This document shows positions 18,046 through 27,231 of a DNA stretch of 64,000 nt, piece after piece. Position 1 is the first letter of the stretch, and each line of letters opens with the position of its first letter. The stretch is from positions 938,776 through 1,002,775 of the forward strand of contig CAVRDK010000004.1 of assembly GCA_963719855.1 (NCBI GenBank). Direction: 5' to 3'. A model generated the notes under the pieces. It saw only the letters and a list, made by a program, of their open reading frames with translations. It ran no database searches and was not told where the DNA came from. This DNA is from an uncultured beta proteobacterium (GTDB lineage: Bacteria > Pseudomonadota > Gammaproteobacteria > Burkholderiales > Gallionellaceae). The translations under genes were made by a program, and so were the position numbers.

Positions 18046-18927
18046 ATGAAAAGAACTTTTCTGTTTATCGCGACTAACCTCGCAGTGGTTTTTGTTATCA
18101 ATATCACCCTGCGCCTGCTCGGCGTGGATCGGATACTCGACCAGAGCGGTGGTATTAACTTCAATGCGCTGCTGATCATGTCGCTGGTGATCGGCTTTTC
18201 CGGATCGATCATTTCGCTGCTGATGTCCAAGTGGTCGGCCAAGCGCATGGTGGGTGCGCAGGTTATCGAAAATCCAATCGACCCGATCGAGCGCTGGCTG
18301 CTAGAAACAGTGCGCAGGCAGGCGAACGCGGCGGGTATCGGGATGCCGGAAGTGGCGATCTATGATGCGTCGGACGTGAATGCCTTCGCCACCGGCTGGA
18401 ACCGCAACGCTGCGCTGGTGGCGGTGAGTACCGGTCTGCTGCATAACATGAGCAAGGATGAAATCGAGGCAGTGCTGGGGCATGAAATGAGCCATGTCTC
18501 CAACGGCGACATGGTGACGTTGGCGCTGATTCAGGGCGTGGTGAACACCTTCGTGATTTTCTTCGCCAAGTTGTTCGGCATTCTGGTGGATCGCGTGCTG
18601 CTCAAGAACGACGAGCGCAACGGCCCCGGCATCGGCGCATTCGTAGCCGAGATCGCGGCGCAACTGGTGCTGGGCGTGCTGGCCAGTGTCATCGTCATGT
18701 GGTTCTCGCGCCAGCGCGAATTCCGCGCCGATGCGGGCGGTGCCAACCTGGCCGGTCGCAACAAGATGATCGCCGCGCTGGAGCGCCTGAAAATAAACCA
18801 TGAGCAAACCGTTCTGCCGGCCAAGATGGCCGCCTTCGGTATCTCAGGCGGTAAAGGAATGATGCGCCTGTTCATGACCCACCCGCCGCTGGAAGAACGC
18901 ATAGCGGCGCTACGCGCGGGCGGCTAA
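18046..18927 (+). CDS. htpX: zinc metalloprotease HtpX
   Basis: It has the [10 protein letters not shown] (HExxH) motif and TM helices. The start at [15 protein letters not shown] fits HtpX N-termini. Confidence 0.9.
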   Translation: MKRTFLFIATNLAVVFVINITLRLLGVDRILDQSGGINFNALLIMSLVIGFSGSIISLLMSKWSAKRMVGAQVIENPIDPIERWLLETVRRQANAAGIGMPEVAIYDASDVNAFATGWNRNAALVAVSTGLLHNMSKDEIEAVLGHEMSHVSNGDMVTLALIQGVVNTFVIFFAKLFGILVDRVLLKNDERNGPGIGAFVAEIAAQLVLGVLASVIVMWFSRQREFRADAGGANLAGRNKMIAALERLKINHEQTVLPAKMAAFGISGGKGMMRLFMTHPPLEERIAALRAGG

Positions 18928-18940
18928 TCCAGCACCCGCA

Positions 18941-18978
18941 CAGCAAAAAGGCTTGCAGCGCTGCAAGCCTTTTTGCTG
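18941..18978. terminator. bidirectional rho-independent terminator between htpX and mlaA
   Basis: Perfect palindrome CAGCAAAAAGGCTTGCAG-CG-CTGCAAGCCTTTTTGCTG with A/T tracts on both sides of a GC stem. Confidence 0.7.
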
Positions 18979-18994
18979 TGCATAGCCTGGAATG

Positions 18995-19918
18995 TCAGCG
19001 TATCCCTTCGTCTTGCGACACCCATATCCGCAACACGGCGGGGATTTGTTTCGGTTCTGACGGTTCGATACTGATAGCAGCGACGGGCGATCCAATGGGC
19101 AACGTTTCATTCACAACGGGTGCGGCAACAGGGGCCGCTTCGGCGGTGGCGGGTTGCGCGTTTTCCACCTTATCGTTGGACGAGCCCTTGTCCGGTTTGC
19201 TGTCCTCTTCCTCGTCGTCATATTTTTCGCGCGGCGGATTGCCGTCATATACCAGACTTTGGCGGTGTTGCAGATAGGCGTCACGGATGAAGGCATAGCG
19301 GTCAATCGCCGCCTCATCCAGCACGTTTTCCTGGTCCAGCAAGGAGGCACGTTTTCCAATAAAATTTGTTACGTATGCCTCATTGCGCGTGTCCACATTC
19401 GAGACCTTCCTTATCGGGCTGGCAAGGGAGTCCGCATACAGCCCTACGCCGTCGCGCACGGAACTTGGGCCAAACAGGGGCAACACGAGGTAAGGGCCGC
19501 TGCCTATCCCCCAGTAGCCCAGAGTCTGGCCGAAGTCCTCGTTGTGTTTTTTCAGTCCTATTGCTGTGGCAACGTCGGCCACTCCGAAGAGTCCGAAGGT
19601 GGTATTCACGACTATGCGCCCAGTATCCGAAACTGCTTGCACTACCTTGAATTGCAGCAAGTCGTTGGCCGCAACGATGACATCGTCCAGATTGGAGAAA
19701 AAATTGGATAGCATCATCCTTCCCGGTTCTGGAACGACCTTGTTGTAGCCCTTTGCCGCCGGTTTGGCCACGGCCTTGTCCAGCGTGTCGTTGAACCGGT
19801 ACATGCCACGGTTGAACGACTCGAACGGATCTTTCGGGTTGTGTCCGGTCGAAGCGCAACCGCCCAGCGCGAGACTGGTGAGCAGTAAGGAGAGCTGGAT
19901 TTTTGGTTTGTGTATCAT
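18995..19918 (-). CDS. mlaA: MlaA/VacJ outer-membrane lipoprotein
   Basis: 307 aa with lipobox LALGGC and the VacJ core DPFESFNRGMYRFNDTLDKAVAKPAAKGY. The C-terminal tail is acidic and Pro-rich. Confidence 0.85.
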   Translation of the reverse strand: MIHKPKIQLSLLLTSLALGGCASTGHNPKDPFESFNRGMYRFNDTLDKAVAKPAAKGYNKVVPEPGRMMLSNFFSNLDDVIVAANDLLQFKVVQAVSDTGRIVVNTTFGLFGVADVATAIGLKKHNEDFGQTLGYWGIGSGPYLVLPLFGPSSVRDGVGLYADSLASPIRKVSNVDTRNEAYVTNFIGKRASLLDQENVLDEAAIDRYAFIRDAYLQHRQSLVYDGNPPREKYDDEEEDSKPDKGSSNDKVENAQPATAEAAPVAAPVVNETLPIGSPVAAISIEPSEPKQIPAVLRIWVSQDEGIR

Positions 19919-19972
19919 TGAAAGTTCTTGGTTCGTCGCTGTGATTATAGGGGGAATGACCGTTCAGGAAAG

Positions 19973-20521
19973 CTATGCCGAGCGTGACGGAGCCGCCAAG
20001 TCGCCTATACGGAATTGAAAATTGCCCACCTTGCGGTCGGCGAAGTAGTGTTGCAGGGTAAAGCACACAGGACGGAAGGCCAGTTCGTCCCACGGAGTGT
20101 CTTGCTCCTCGAATAGCTTAACTTCCAGGCTTTCTGCGCCGGGTGAGAAATCCAGATCGAGCAATCTGGCGCGAAAAAAAAGTTGCACCTGATTGATGTA
20201 GGGCAGGTTGTACATCGAATACAGATCACCGATGGCGATGCGCGCATTGGCTTCTTCCTGTGTCTCGCGTATCGCAGCTTCGGTAGTGGTCTCGCCGTTT
20301 TCCATGAAACCTGCGGGTAGCGTCCACAGCCCATAGCGCGGCTCGATGGCTCGGCGGCACAACAGGATGCGGCCATCTTCCCATTCCGGGATGGCACCGA
20401 TCACCAAGTTGGGATTCTGGTAGTGGATGGTGGAACAAATGGTGCAGACGTGACGCAGGCGATTGTCATCCGGCGGCTGGCGTAGTTCGACCGGCGCGCC
20501 GCATGCACTGCAAAACTTCAT
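19973..20521 (-). CDS. NUDIX hydrolase with N-terminal zinc ribbon
   Basis: Nudix box GFMENGETTTEAAIRETQEEANA and zinc ribbon CSACG...CTIC. ATG at 20521 (MKFCSACG) overlaps the bamD stop by 4 nt. Confidence 0.8.
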   Translation of the reverse strand: MKFCSACGAPVELRQPPDDNRLRHVCTICSTIHYQNPNLVIGAIPEWEDGRILLCRRAIEPRYGLWTLPAGFMENGETTTEAAIRETQEEANARIAIGDLYSMYNLPYINQVQLFFRARLLDLDFSPGAESLEVKLFEEQDTPWDELAFRPVCFTLQHYFADRKVGNFQFRIGDLAAPSRSA

Positions 20522-21396
20522 TTCCAGAATTCCCACCACGAATTCTCGTTTTGGGATGACGGCTTAACGGCAGGTGCTGTTGTATTTTTCCAGAATTCCC
20601 ACCACGAATTCTCGTTTTGGGGTGACGGCTTGACGCCAGGTGCTATTGTACCATCCTTGGCAATGTTTTTGTCTAGCACCCGCTGCGCATCGTCGCGCAA
20701 ATCCTTCATGCCCATGGCGTCATAGGCCTGCACCATGATCTGCAGCGCATCGAGCGTAGACGGAGTTTGCGGGTAATTAGTGAGCACACCTTTGGCACGG
20801 TTGGCTGCTGCCACATACGCGCCACGGCGCAAATAAAAACTGGCGACATGAATTTCGTAGTGCGCCAAGACGTTGACCAAGTATTGCATGCGCAGCCTGG
20901 AGTCTGGCGCATATTTGCTGTCGGGAAAACGCGTCACCAACTCCTTGAATGCATCGAAGGAATCACGCGCCGCCTTCGGGTCTTTCTCGGAGAGGTCCTG
21001 TTTAACTGTAACTATGCGGGCCAGCAGGCCCAGATCTTCGTTGAAATTGATCAACCCTTTCAGATAATAGGCGTAATCCACATGCGGATTGTTGGGGTAT
21101 TGCTTGATGAAACGGTCGGTAGCGGCGAGGGCTGCGTCCGGTTCCTTCTGTTTGAAATTCGCATAAGCGATTTCCAATTCTGCTTGCTGCGCATAGCGGC
21201 CATAGGGGTAGCGCGATTGCAGCGTTTCAAAAGACTTCACGGCTTTTTCATAATTGTTGTCGTTCATTTCCTCCATGGCATCGGCGTAGAGCTTTTCGAC
21301 GGGAGCAGATTTCGATGCCCCTTTATCGTCCGACGATGAAAAAATGCCACAAGCAGTTAACGTGAGCAACAGGATTAAGGCTAAACTATGGCGCAT
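20518..21396 (-). CDS. bamD: outer membrane protein assembly factor BamD
   Basis: 292 aa with lipobox LTACG and TPR-like YfiO/BamD sequence (LYADAMEEMNDNNYEKAVKSFETLQSRYPYGRYAQQAELEIAYANFK). It is divergent from rluD, as in many proteobacteria. Confidence 0.85.
   Translation of the reverse strand: MRHSLALILLLTLTACGIFSSSDDKGASKSAPVEKLYADAMEEMNDNNYEKAVKSFETLQSRYPYGRYAQQAELEIAYANFKQKEPDAALAATDRFIKQYPNNPHVDYAYYLKGLINFNEDLGLLARIVTVKQDLSEKDPKAARDSFDAFKELVTRFPDSKYAPDSRLRMQYLVNVLAHYEIHVASFYLRRGAYVAAANRAKGVLTNYPQTPSTLDALQIMVQAYDAMGMKDLRDDAQRVLDKNIAKDGTIAPGVKPSPQNENSWWEFWKNTTAPAVKPSSQNENSWWEFWK
20521..20650. repeat. 66-bp tandem duplication at the 3' end of bamD
   Basis: CCAGAATTCCCACCACGAATTCTCGTTTTGGG recurs at 20524 and 20590. 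It encodes KPSPQNENSWWEFWK twice. Confidence 0.8.
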
Positions 21397-21429
21397 GACT
21401 GAACCCGAAAATATTTTGCGCGATTATAA

Positions 21430-21775
21430 CAAAGTTAGGCAATCCACTATGCGACATTTAAAAGACAAGCAATCGGCTGATGAACTAACTAGCCATTCCA
21501 CTAGGCTGCCCAAAAACGGCAACCAAGTGGCTGGTTATATTCACCAAGGCGATAGTGATGTTGTTACAGTCGCATGCACCAAAGTTAGGCAATCCGCTGA
21601 TGGAACTACCGGTGAAACTACTGGTGAAACTACTAGCCATCTGACTAAGCTGCAAAAACCGCAGCAAGTCATTGGTTATAGCCATTTGACTTGGCTGTCA
21701 AAAGACGCCAGCCAAGTCGCTGGTTATAGGCAATCAAAAAACGATTGCCAAGTGGCTGGTTATACCCAGCAAGCT
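21430..21775 (+). repeat. array of codon-phased hairpin repeat units plus microsatellite (bamD-rluD intergenic region)
   Basis: Four AGCCAT...GGTTAT units of 48, 45, 48 and 36 bp, a (GGTGAAACTACT)x2 microsatellite, and the duplicated AAAGTTAGGCAATCC at 21431 and 21581. Confidence 0.8.
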
Positions 21776-21829
21776 GAATACGGAATTGACACTGGAGTTG
21801 ATACTACCGCAAATTCCGCCCCCCTAAGT

Positions 21830-22768
21830 TTGCTCACATTCAAGACGCCTGACGAATATGCCGGGATGCGCCTCGACCAAGTATTGGCCAAGCTGCTGCC
21901 GGAATATTCGCGCGGCCGCCTGCAAGACTGGATCGCGCATGAACAGGTCAAGGTTGATGGCGCAGCCGCCACCATCAAACGGAAAGTGTGGGGCGGCGAA
22001 ACCATCGAAGTCATGCCGCAATCGAATCCGTCCGAACAGCCGCATCAGGCCGAGGACATCGCGCTGAATGTCGTGTTCGAGGACGACAGCATCCTCATTA
22101 TCAACAAACCGGCCGGACTGGTGGTTCACCCCGGCAGCGGCAATTGGGAAGGAACACTGCTCAACGCCCTGCTGCACCATGCGCCGCAACTCTCAGAAAT
22201 TCCGCGCGCCGGCATCGTGCATCGGCTGGACAAGGACACCAGCGGCTTGCTGGTGGTGACCAAGACCATCATTGCGCAAACAGCGCTGGTGCGCCAGTTG
22301 CAGGCACGCACCGTGCATCGCGAATATTATGCGCTGGTCTACGGCGAAGTGGAACGCAGTGGCACCGTGGATGCAGCCATGGGTCGCCATCCCACGCAAC
22401 GCACCAAGATGGCCATCGTGGAAGACGGCAAGCCTGCGGTTACGCATTACGGCGTGGCGGAACGTTTCCCCGGCTGCACCCTGCTGCGCTGCAAGCTGGA
22501 AACCGGACGCACCCACCAGATCCGCGTACATCTCGCCTCCATCCGTCATCCACTGGTCGGCGACAGCACCTACATCAAGGGCGCACAAAAATGCGCGCCA
22601 CAATTGCGCGCCCTGCTCGCCGCTTTTCCGCGCCAGGCACTGCACGCGGCGCAACTTGGGCTGGAGCACCCGGAGACGGGCGAGTGGCTGGAATGGCAGG
22701 CTCCGTTGCCGAACGACATGGCGCAATTGCTGGCACAGATCAGAAGCACATCGCATGAGCTTGCTTGA
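21830..22768 (+). CDS. rluD: 23S rRNA pseudouridine synthase RluD
   Basis: It has an S4 domain (MRLDQVLAKLLPEYSRGRLQDWI) and the catalytic motif HRLDKDTSGLLVV. TTG 21830 is only a guess at the start. The frame stays open back to 21344, but through repeat DNA and into bamD. Confidence 0.8.
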   Translation: MLTFKTPDEYAGMRLDQVLAKLLPEYSRGRLQDWIAHEQVKVDGAAATIKRKVWGGETIEVMPQSNPSEQPHQAEDIALNVVFEDDSILIINKPAGLVVHPGSGNWEGTLLNALLHHAPQLSEIPRAGIVHRLDKDTSGLLVVTKTIIAQTALVRQLQARTVHREYYALVYGEVERSGTVDAAMGRHPTQRTKMAIVEDGKPAVTHYGVAERFPGCTLLRCKLETGRTHQIRVHLASIRHPLVGDSTYIKGAQKCAPQLRALLAAFPRQALHAAQLGLEHPETGEWLEWQAPLPNDMAQLLAQIRSTSHELA

Positions 22769-23492
22769 GCATTGCATCATCCCCGATTGGCCAGCACCAA
22801 AGAATGTGCGTGCCTTGCAAACCACTCGCAATAGCGGTTTCAGCGTTGCTCCCTACGCCAGTTTCAACCTTGGCGACCATGTCGGAGATGCGCCGCTGGC
22901 GGTGGAGCGCAACCGCATGTTGCTGCAACCCCTGCTGCCCAGCGAACCCGTGTGGCTCAAACAGGTACATGGCACGGTGGTGGCGGACGCCGGACAAGCC
23001 TCATGTTGGCCGCAGGCCGATGCCTGCATCACTTCACATTCCGGCGCAGTATGCGTGGTGATGACAGCGGATTGTCTGCCTGTGCTGCTGTGCGATGAAC
23101 AGGGCAGCGTGGTCGGCGCGGCACATGCCGGTTGGCGCGGATTGTGCGACGGCGTAATTGAACAAACCGTGTACGCCATGAACGTAGTGCCACCTTTCCT
23201 CATGGCATGGCTGGGGCCAGCCATCGGCCCGCAGGCATTCGAAGTGGGCGAAGAAGTTCGCGCGGCCTTTGTGGCACAGCAGCCGGAAGCCGCTGCTGCT
23301 TTCGTACCGGGAGTTTCCGGCAAATGGTATGCCGACATTTACCAACTCGCGCGCCTGCGCCTGCACTCACTGGGCATCACGCGCATTTACGGCGGTGAAC
23401 TGTGCACCTATACCGACTATCAACGATTCTTCTCCTATCGTCGTGATGGTGTGACAGGAAGAATGGGAACGTTTATCTGGATAACGGAGTAA
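22755..23492 (+). CDS. pgeF: YfiH/PgeF family laccase-domain protein (peptidoglycan editing factor / purine nucleoside phosphorylase)
   Basis: It starts MSLLEHCIIPDWPAP at ATG 22755, and has VMTADCLPVLL and AHAGWRG motifs. The upstream part of ORF 22272-23492 overlaps rluD out of frame. Confidence 0.85.
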   Translation: MSLLEHCIIPDWPAPKNVRALQTTRNSGFSVAPYASFNLGDHVGDAPLAVERNRMLLQPLLPSEPVWLKQVHGTVVADAGQASCWPQADACITSHSGAVCVVMTADCLPVLLCDEQGSVVGAAHAGWRGLCDGVIEQTVYAMNVVPPFLMAWLGPAIGPQAFEVGEEVRAAFVAQQPEAAAAFVPGVSGKWYADIYQLARLRLHSLGITRIYGGELCTYTDYQRFFSYRRDGVTGRMGTFIWITE

Positions 23493-23577
23493 TCTCTGGG
23501 TATCCGTAATATGTGACAAATTGCCGCACCTCTTTGAGTTATCCGTTCTGCGCCAACTGTTATTTGGAGTGTCTTTA

Positions 23578-23873
23578 GGGAGCCTTTATAAATCCAATTT
23601 TCTGATGAAACTACTGATGGAACTACTAGCCATCTCACTAAGCTGCACAAACCGCAGCAAGTGATTGGTTATAGCCATTCCACTAGGTTGTCAAAAGACG
23701 CCAACCAAGTGGCTGGTTATAAGTCAGACAAGGCGCGATTAAAAATTGCGACGACGCATATACCTGATATGTTAGGAGTAATTTTTTATGAGCAACGCAG
23801 TATGGCGACGAAGTGGGGTAAGCAGGCAATCCGCAAAGCGGATGCTCGCAAAATTGGATTTATAGAAGCTCCC
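23578..23873. mobile_element. MITE-like element, copy 2, carrying two nested insertions
   Basis: TIRs are GGGAGCCTTTATAAATCCAATTTTC and GAAAATTGGATTTATAGAAGCTCCC. Compared with copy 1 it has a 117-bp hairpin-unit insert (23604-23720) and a 39-bp hairpin insert (about 23813-23851). Confidence 0.7.
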
Positions 23874-23920
23874 TTTAGATGACGAACATTTTCGGGAGAT
23901 AAGAACTGCTCCTCTGAGAT

Positions 23921-24469
23921 TTACATCACAGGCAGTTTTGCCAGCTTGCGTTGCAGGGTGCGGCGGTGCATGTTTAGGGCTCGCGCAGTTGATGAGATAT
24001 TGCCTTCGTGTTCAAGCAATACGCGATTGATGTGCTCCCACTCCAGACGATCCACTGTCGTAACCTGGGCATCGAAATGAAGGTCAGGGCTTGGATGATG
24101 ACCAAACGCTGCCGCGATTTCGTCGGCATTCGCCGGTTTGGCAAGATATTGCGTCGCACCCAGTTTAATCGCTTCCACTGCCGTGGCAATGCTGGCATAA
24201 CCAGTCAGCATCACGATGCGTGTTGCCGGATCGAGTTCATGGAGTGCTTGCACCAGCGTCAATCCAGACGCCCCGTCCATCTTCAAGTCCACCACCGCAT
24301 ATTCCGGTGGATTTGCCTTCGCCAGCGGAATAGCCTGCTCAACGCTATGCGCCACGGTTATGGTGTAACCCCGTCTTTGTAGTGCCTGACAAAGCACCTG
24401 ACAAAAGACAACATCGTCATCCACCAGTAGCAGCGATGCTTGTTCGTTGAGAAAAGTGTTCACAATCAT
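23921..24469 (-). CDS. RegA/PrrA/ActR-type response regulator (REC + Fis-type HTH)
   Basis: 182 aa with REC (AVVDLKMDGASG) and C-terminal NISSTARALNMHRRTLQRKLAK. There is no adjacent kinase gene. Confidence 0.8.
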   Translation of the reverse strand: MIVNTFLNEQASLLLVDDDVVFCQVLCQALQRRGYTITVAHSVEQAIPLAKANPPEYAVVDLKMDGASGLTLVQALHELDPATRIVMLTGYASIATAVEAIKLGATQYLAKPANADEIAAAFGHHPSPDLHFDAQVTTVDRLEWEHINRVLLEHEGNISSTARALNMHRRTLQRKLAKLPVM

Positions 24470-24522
24470 TTTCCTGAAATGCTAATGAGAAAAGAGTAGC
24501 TCACTTCGCAAAATATTACCAT

Positions 24523-24552
24523 GCGACAAATTGTCGCGCGACATCATGTCGC
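24523..24552. promoter_or_regulatory. two abutting GCGACA-N3-TGTCGC palindromes (candidate RegA/ActR-type boxes)
   Basis: GCGACAAATTGTCGC (24523-24537) is followed directly by GCGACATCATGTCGC (24538-24552). They lie 54-83 bp upstream of the regulator start and fit a GCGNC-N5-GNCGC pattern. Confidence 0.45.
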
Positions 24553-24895
24553 ATCCCAAATTATCGAATCATGCATTAAATTGCGACTCTGCCAAGTCGT
24601 TGCCGAGTTCTAATCAGTATCTGCATCATTTATAATGGTTGGTTTTTTACTCCTCCCGCATGCGACGATTTGGTTTTTTACAATTCTCGTGGTACGACGC
24701 AATATCTTGCCATCTGCATAATAAACGCGGCTTTCAAGTCCGGAATGGAGTATGATTTAAGCTCATTCAAGTTCCCCTCACCTATTGACGGTGTATGCGG
24801 GAGATCGCTTCAACCCATTTCTTCCCCACTTATTCCAGATCGAAGTTGGCGCCATTTTTCGGCTGGCACGCTTGTTTCAAAAAGGAGGTTGCATT

Positions 24896-25853
24896 ATGGA
24901 TCATGGCAAACATTTTCACAGCTTCACCCAAGGCATCCATCATGCCTTCGCCCATGTGGTAATTACCCTGCTGGCGGTTGGTATCGCTTTTTCCCTGCCG
25001 GTAGTGGCGAAGTACATCCTGTTTTATTGGTGGCCGAAGGTTGAAGCCAACTCGCAACTGCTGATGATCACAGAAATCTGCTTTGCCACGGTACTGGTGC
25101 TGCTGTTCAATATCTCGAAGATCGCTTGGGATGGACGGCGCAGCATGCATATGAACAAGATCGCATCGCTTGTGTATGCACGGGAGGGGCTTGGCTGGAT
25201 GTCGCGCTGGAAGGAGCGGGATATGCGCAAGAAGATCGCCAGCGTACGTGACGTGTACATCATGTCGATCACCGGCGACACGTTCAGCGCGGAAAACAGC
25301 GATTTACAGAAGACGCTGGAGATGGCGTATGAAATTCGCGTAATGCTGGCAAATCCCTACGGCAAAGGTGTCGTTAGCCGTGCCCAGTCGTCGGATGACC
25401 CGGAAGCCTGCTCGCTCAGGCCTACCGCCAGGAAACAGAGTTGAGCATCGCATATCTGCGCAAGCTTGCCTCCGCAGGAAAAAAAGTCAAGCTTAAGTTC
25501 TATGAAGAGCCGCCGTTTTGGAAGCTGGTGGTGACCGGAGAATATGTCTGGGTCCAGTATTGTCATGATGGTCACGAGGTCAAGACCCAGCCGGAGTATG
25601 TGTTCGGACTGCAGCATGATAACCCCCAGCGGGGTTTTTTCGACCCTTTTACAAGTATTTTCTCGATCAGTGGAAAAATTCGCACCGCGCAGAGTTCAAT
25701 TTCGAAACCAGCGAACTGATCTATCGCAATGGGGACGGCAACGAAACCAGCCGGGTCAGCTTTCCGCCGGACATGGAGTCGTCCACGTCGCTGCCCGATT
25801 TGAGTCCGGTTCCGCCTCCGGTGGCAGGAGGGGCAGACTTGACGACGAACTAA
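24896..25853 (+). pseudogene. hypothetical membrane-anchored protein, interrupted by two frameshifts
   Basis: There is a good RBS (AAAGGAGG) before ATG 24896, and two TM helices. The reading frame moves at about 25405-25440 and again at the T6 run 25635-25640 (....NPQRGFF / PFYKYFLDQWKNSHRAEF...). The stop is at 25851-25853. Confidence 0.5.
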
Positions 25854-26067
25854 ACGGTCGCGGGGTCACCCATTAAGAGCGCAATTCTTAACGAGTTTTG
25901 TGCCGTACCAAATAGTCACCACAGCATTTTTTTCACATTTCGAGACGAAATTTCACTGGATACTGCGCGTATTTAGTCTCTCAAAGCGAGTTGATAATCC
26001 TGCTACAGTCCAATAAATACGTGGCTTTTGAAGGGGTGGGATGTAACGTTTGATGACCAATTTTACT

Positions 26068-26144
<77 letters not shown>

Positions 26145-26168
26145 AATCTTGAGAAATAGAAGCTGCTT

Positions 26169-27137
26169 CTAAAATTGCCGCGTGGCGGCAAAGTCTGCTA
26201 ATTGTAACAGGGATTGTTTGTAATTCGTATCAGGCAATGCAATCAGCGCCGCACATGCCACATCCGACTCGTGTTGCGCCTGCTGCCGGGTGTATTCCAG
26301 CGCGCCGGTCTGCTTGATTACCTGCAACACATCGGCAAAACGCGTGATGTCGCCCTGCTCGATAGCCTCGCGCACCACTGCAGCCTGCTTTGAATTGCCG
26401 TGCTGCATGGCGTAAATCAGCGGCAAAGTCGGCTTGCCTTCCGCCAGGTCGTCGCCGAGATTTTTGCCGGTGTCTTGCTCGTCACCGGAATAATCCAGCA
26501 CGTCGTCCACCAACTGGAACGACGTTCCCAAGTGCATGCCATATTTCGCTGCAGCCAGTTCCACTGTTTCGTCCGCCCCCGCCAGAATCGCCCCCAGACG
26601 CATCGCAGCCTCGAACAGCTTGGCAGTTTTGCAGTGGATTACATGCAGATAATTTGCCGCGTCCACATTCGCATCGTGGCAATTCAGCAATTGCAGAACC
26701 TCGCCCTCGGCAATGATGTTTGTGGCATCCGCCAGCGTCTGCATCACGCGCATATCGCCCACTTCCACCATCATCTGGAAGGCGCGCGAATACAGGAAAT
26801 CGCCGACCAGCACGCTGGCTGCATTGCCGAACAGGGAATTGGAGGTGGCCCGCCCACGGCGCAGATCGGATTCGTCTACGACATCGTCATGCAGCAACGT
26901 AGCGGTATGGATGAACTCGACTACAGCAGCCAGGTCGTGATGATATTTTCCCATGTAACCGAATGCCTTGGCGGATAGCACCACCAGCGCCGGGCGTAAG
27001 CGCTTGCCGCCGCTGTTGACGATATACTCTCCCACCTGATTGACCAGCGCCACTTCGGAATGCAAACGGGAACGGATTACTTCGTCCACGGCGGACATAT
27101 CTGAAGCGAGTAACTGCTTAATGGTTTCGAACGACAC
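26169..27137 (-). CDS. ispB: octaprenyl diphosphate synthase
   Basis: 322 aa with the two polyprenyl synthase Asp-rich motifs LLHDDVVDE and FQLVDDVLDY. Confidence 0.9.
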   Translation of the reverse strand: MSFETIKQLLASDMSAVDEVIRSRLHSEVALVNQVGEYIVNSGGKRLRPALVVLSAKAFGYMGKYHHDLAAVVEFIHTATLLHDDVVDESDLRRGRATSNSLFGNAASVLVGDFLYSRAFQMMVEVGDMRVMQTLADATNIIAEGEVLQLLNCHDANVDAANYLHVIHCKTAKLFEAAMRLGAILAGADETVELAAAKYGMHLGTSFQLVDDVLDYSGDEQDTGKNLGDDLAEGKPTLPLIYAMQHGNSKQAAVVREAIEQGDITRFADVLQVIKQTGALEYTRQQAQHESDVACAALIALPDTNYKQSLLQLADFAATRQF

Positions 27138-27231
27138 GAAGATTCCCGAAAAAGGCGGCGATGTTATAAATTATGCGGACACGGTGTCAAGCAAACGGAA
27201 TATCAGGCAGTATTGTCGCACAAAAATTTAC

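Noticed and set aside
22272-22754. N-terminal 161 codons of ORF 22272-23492
   Set aside because: This stretch overlaps rluD out of frame. The conserved YfiH/PgeF sequence begins at ATG 22755.
25854-26067. Genomic-island integration at the 3' end of tRNA-Pro
   Set aside because: No integrase gene and no direct repeat of the tRNA 3' end could be seen in the window. The region merely contains a decayed hypothetical gene.
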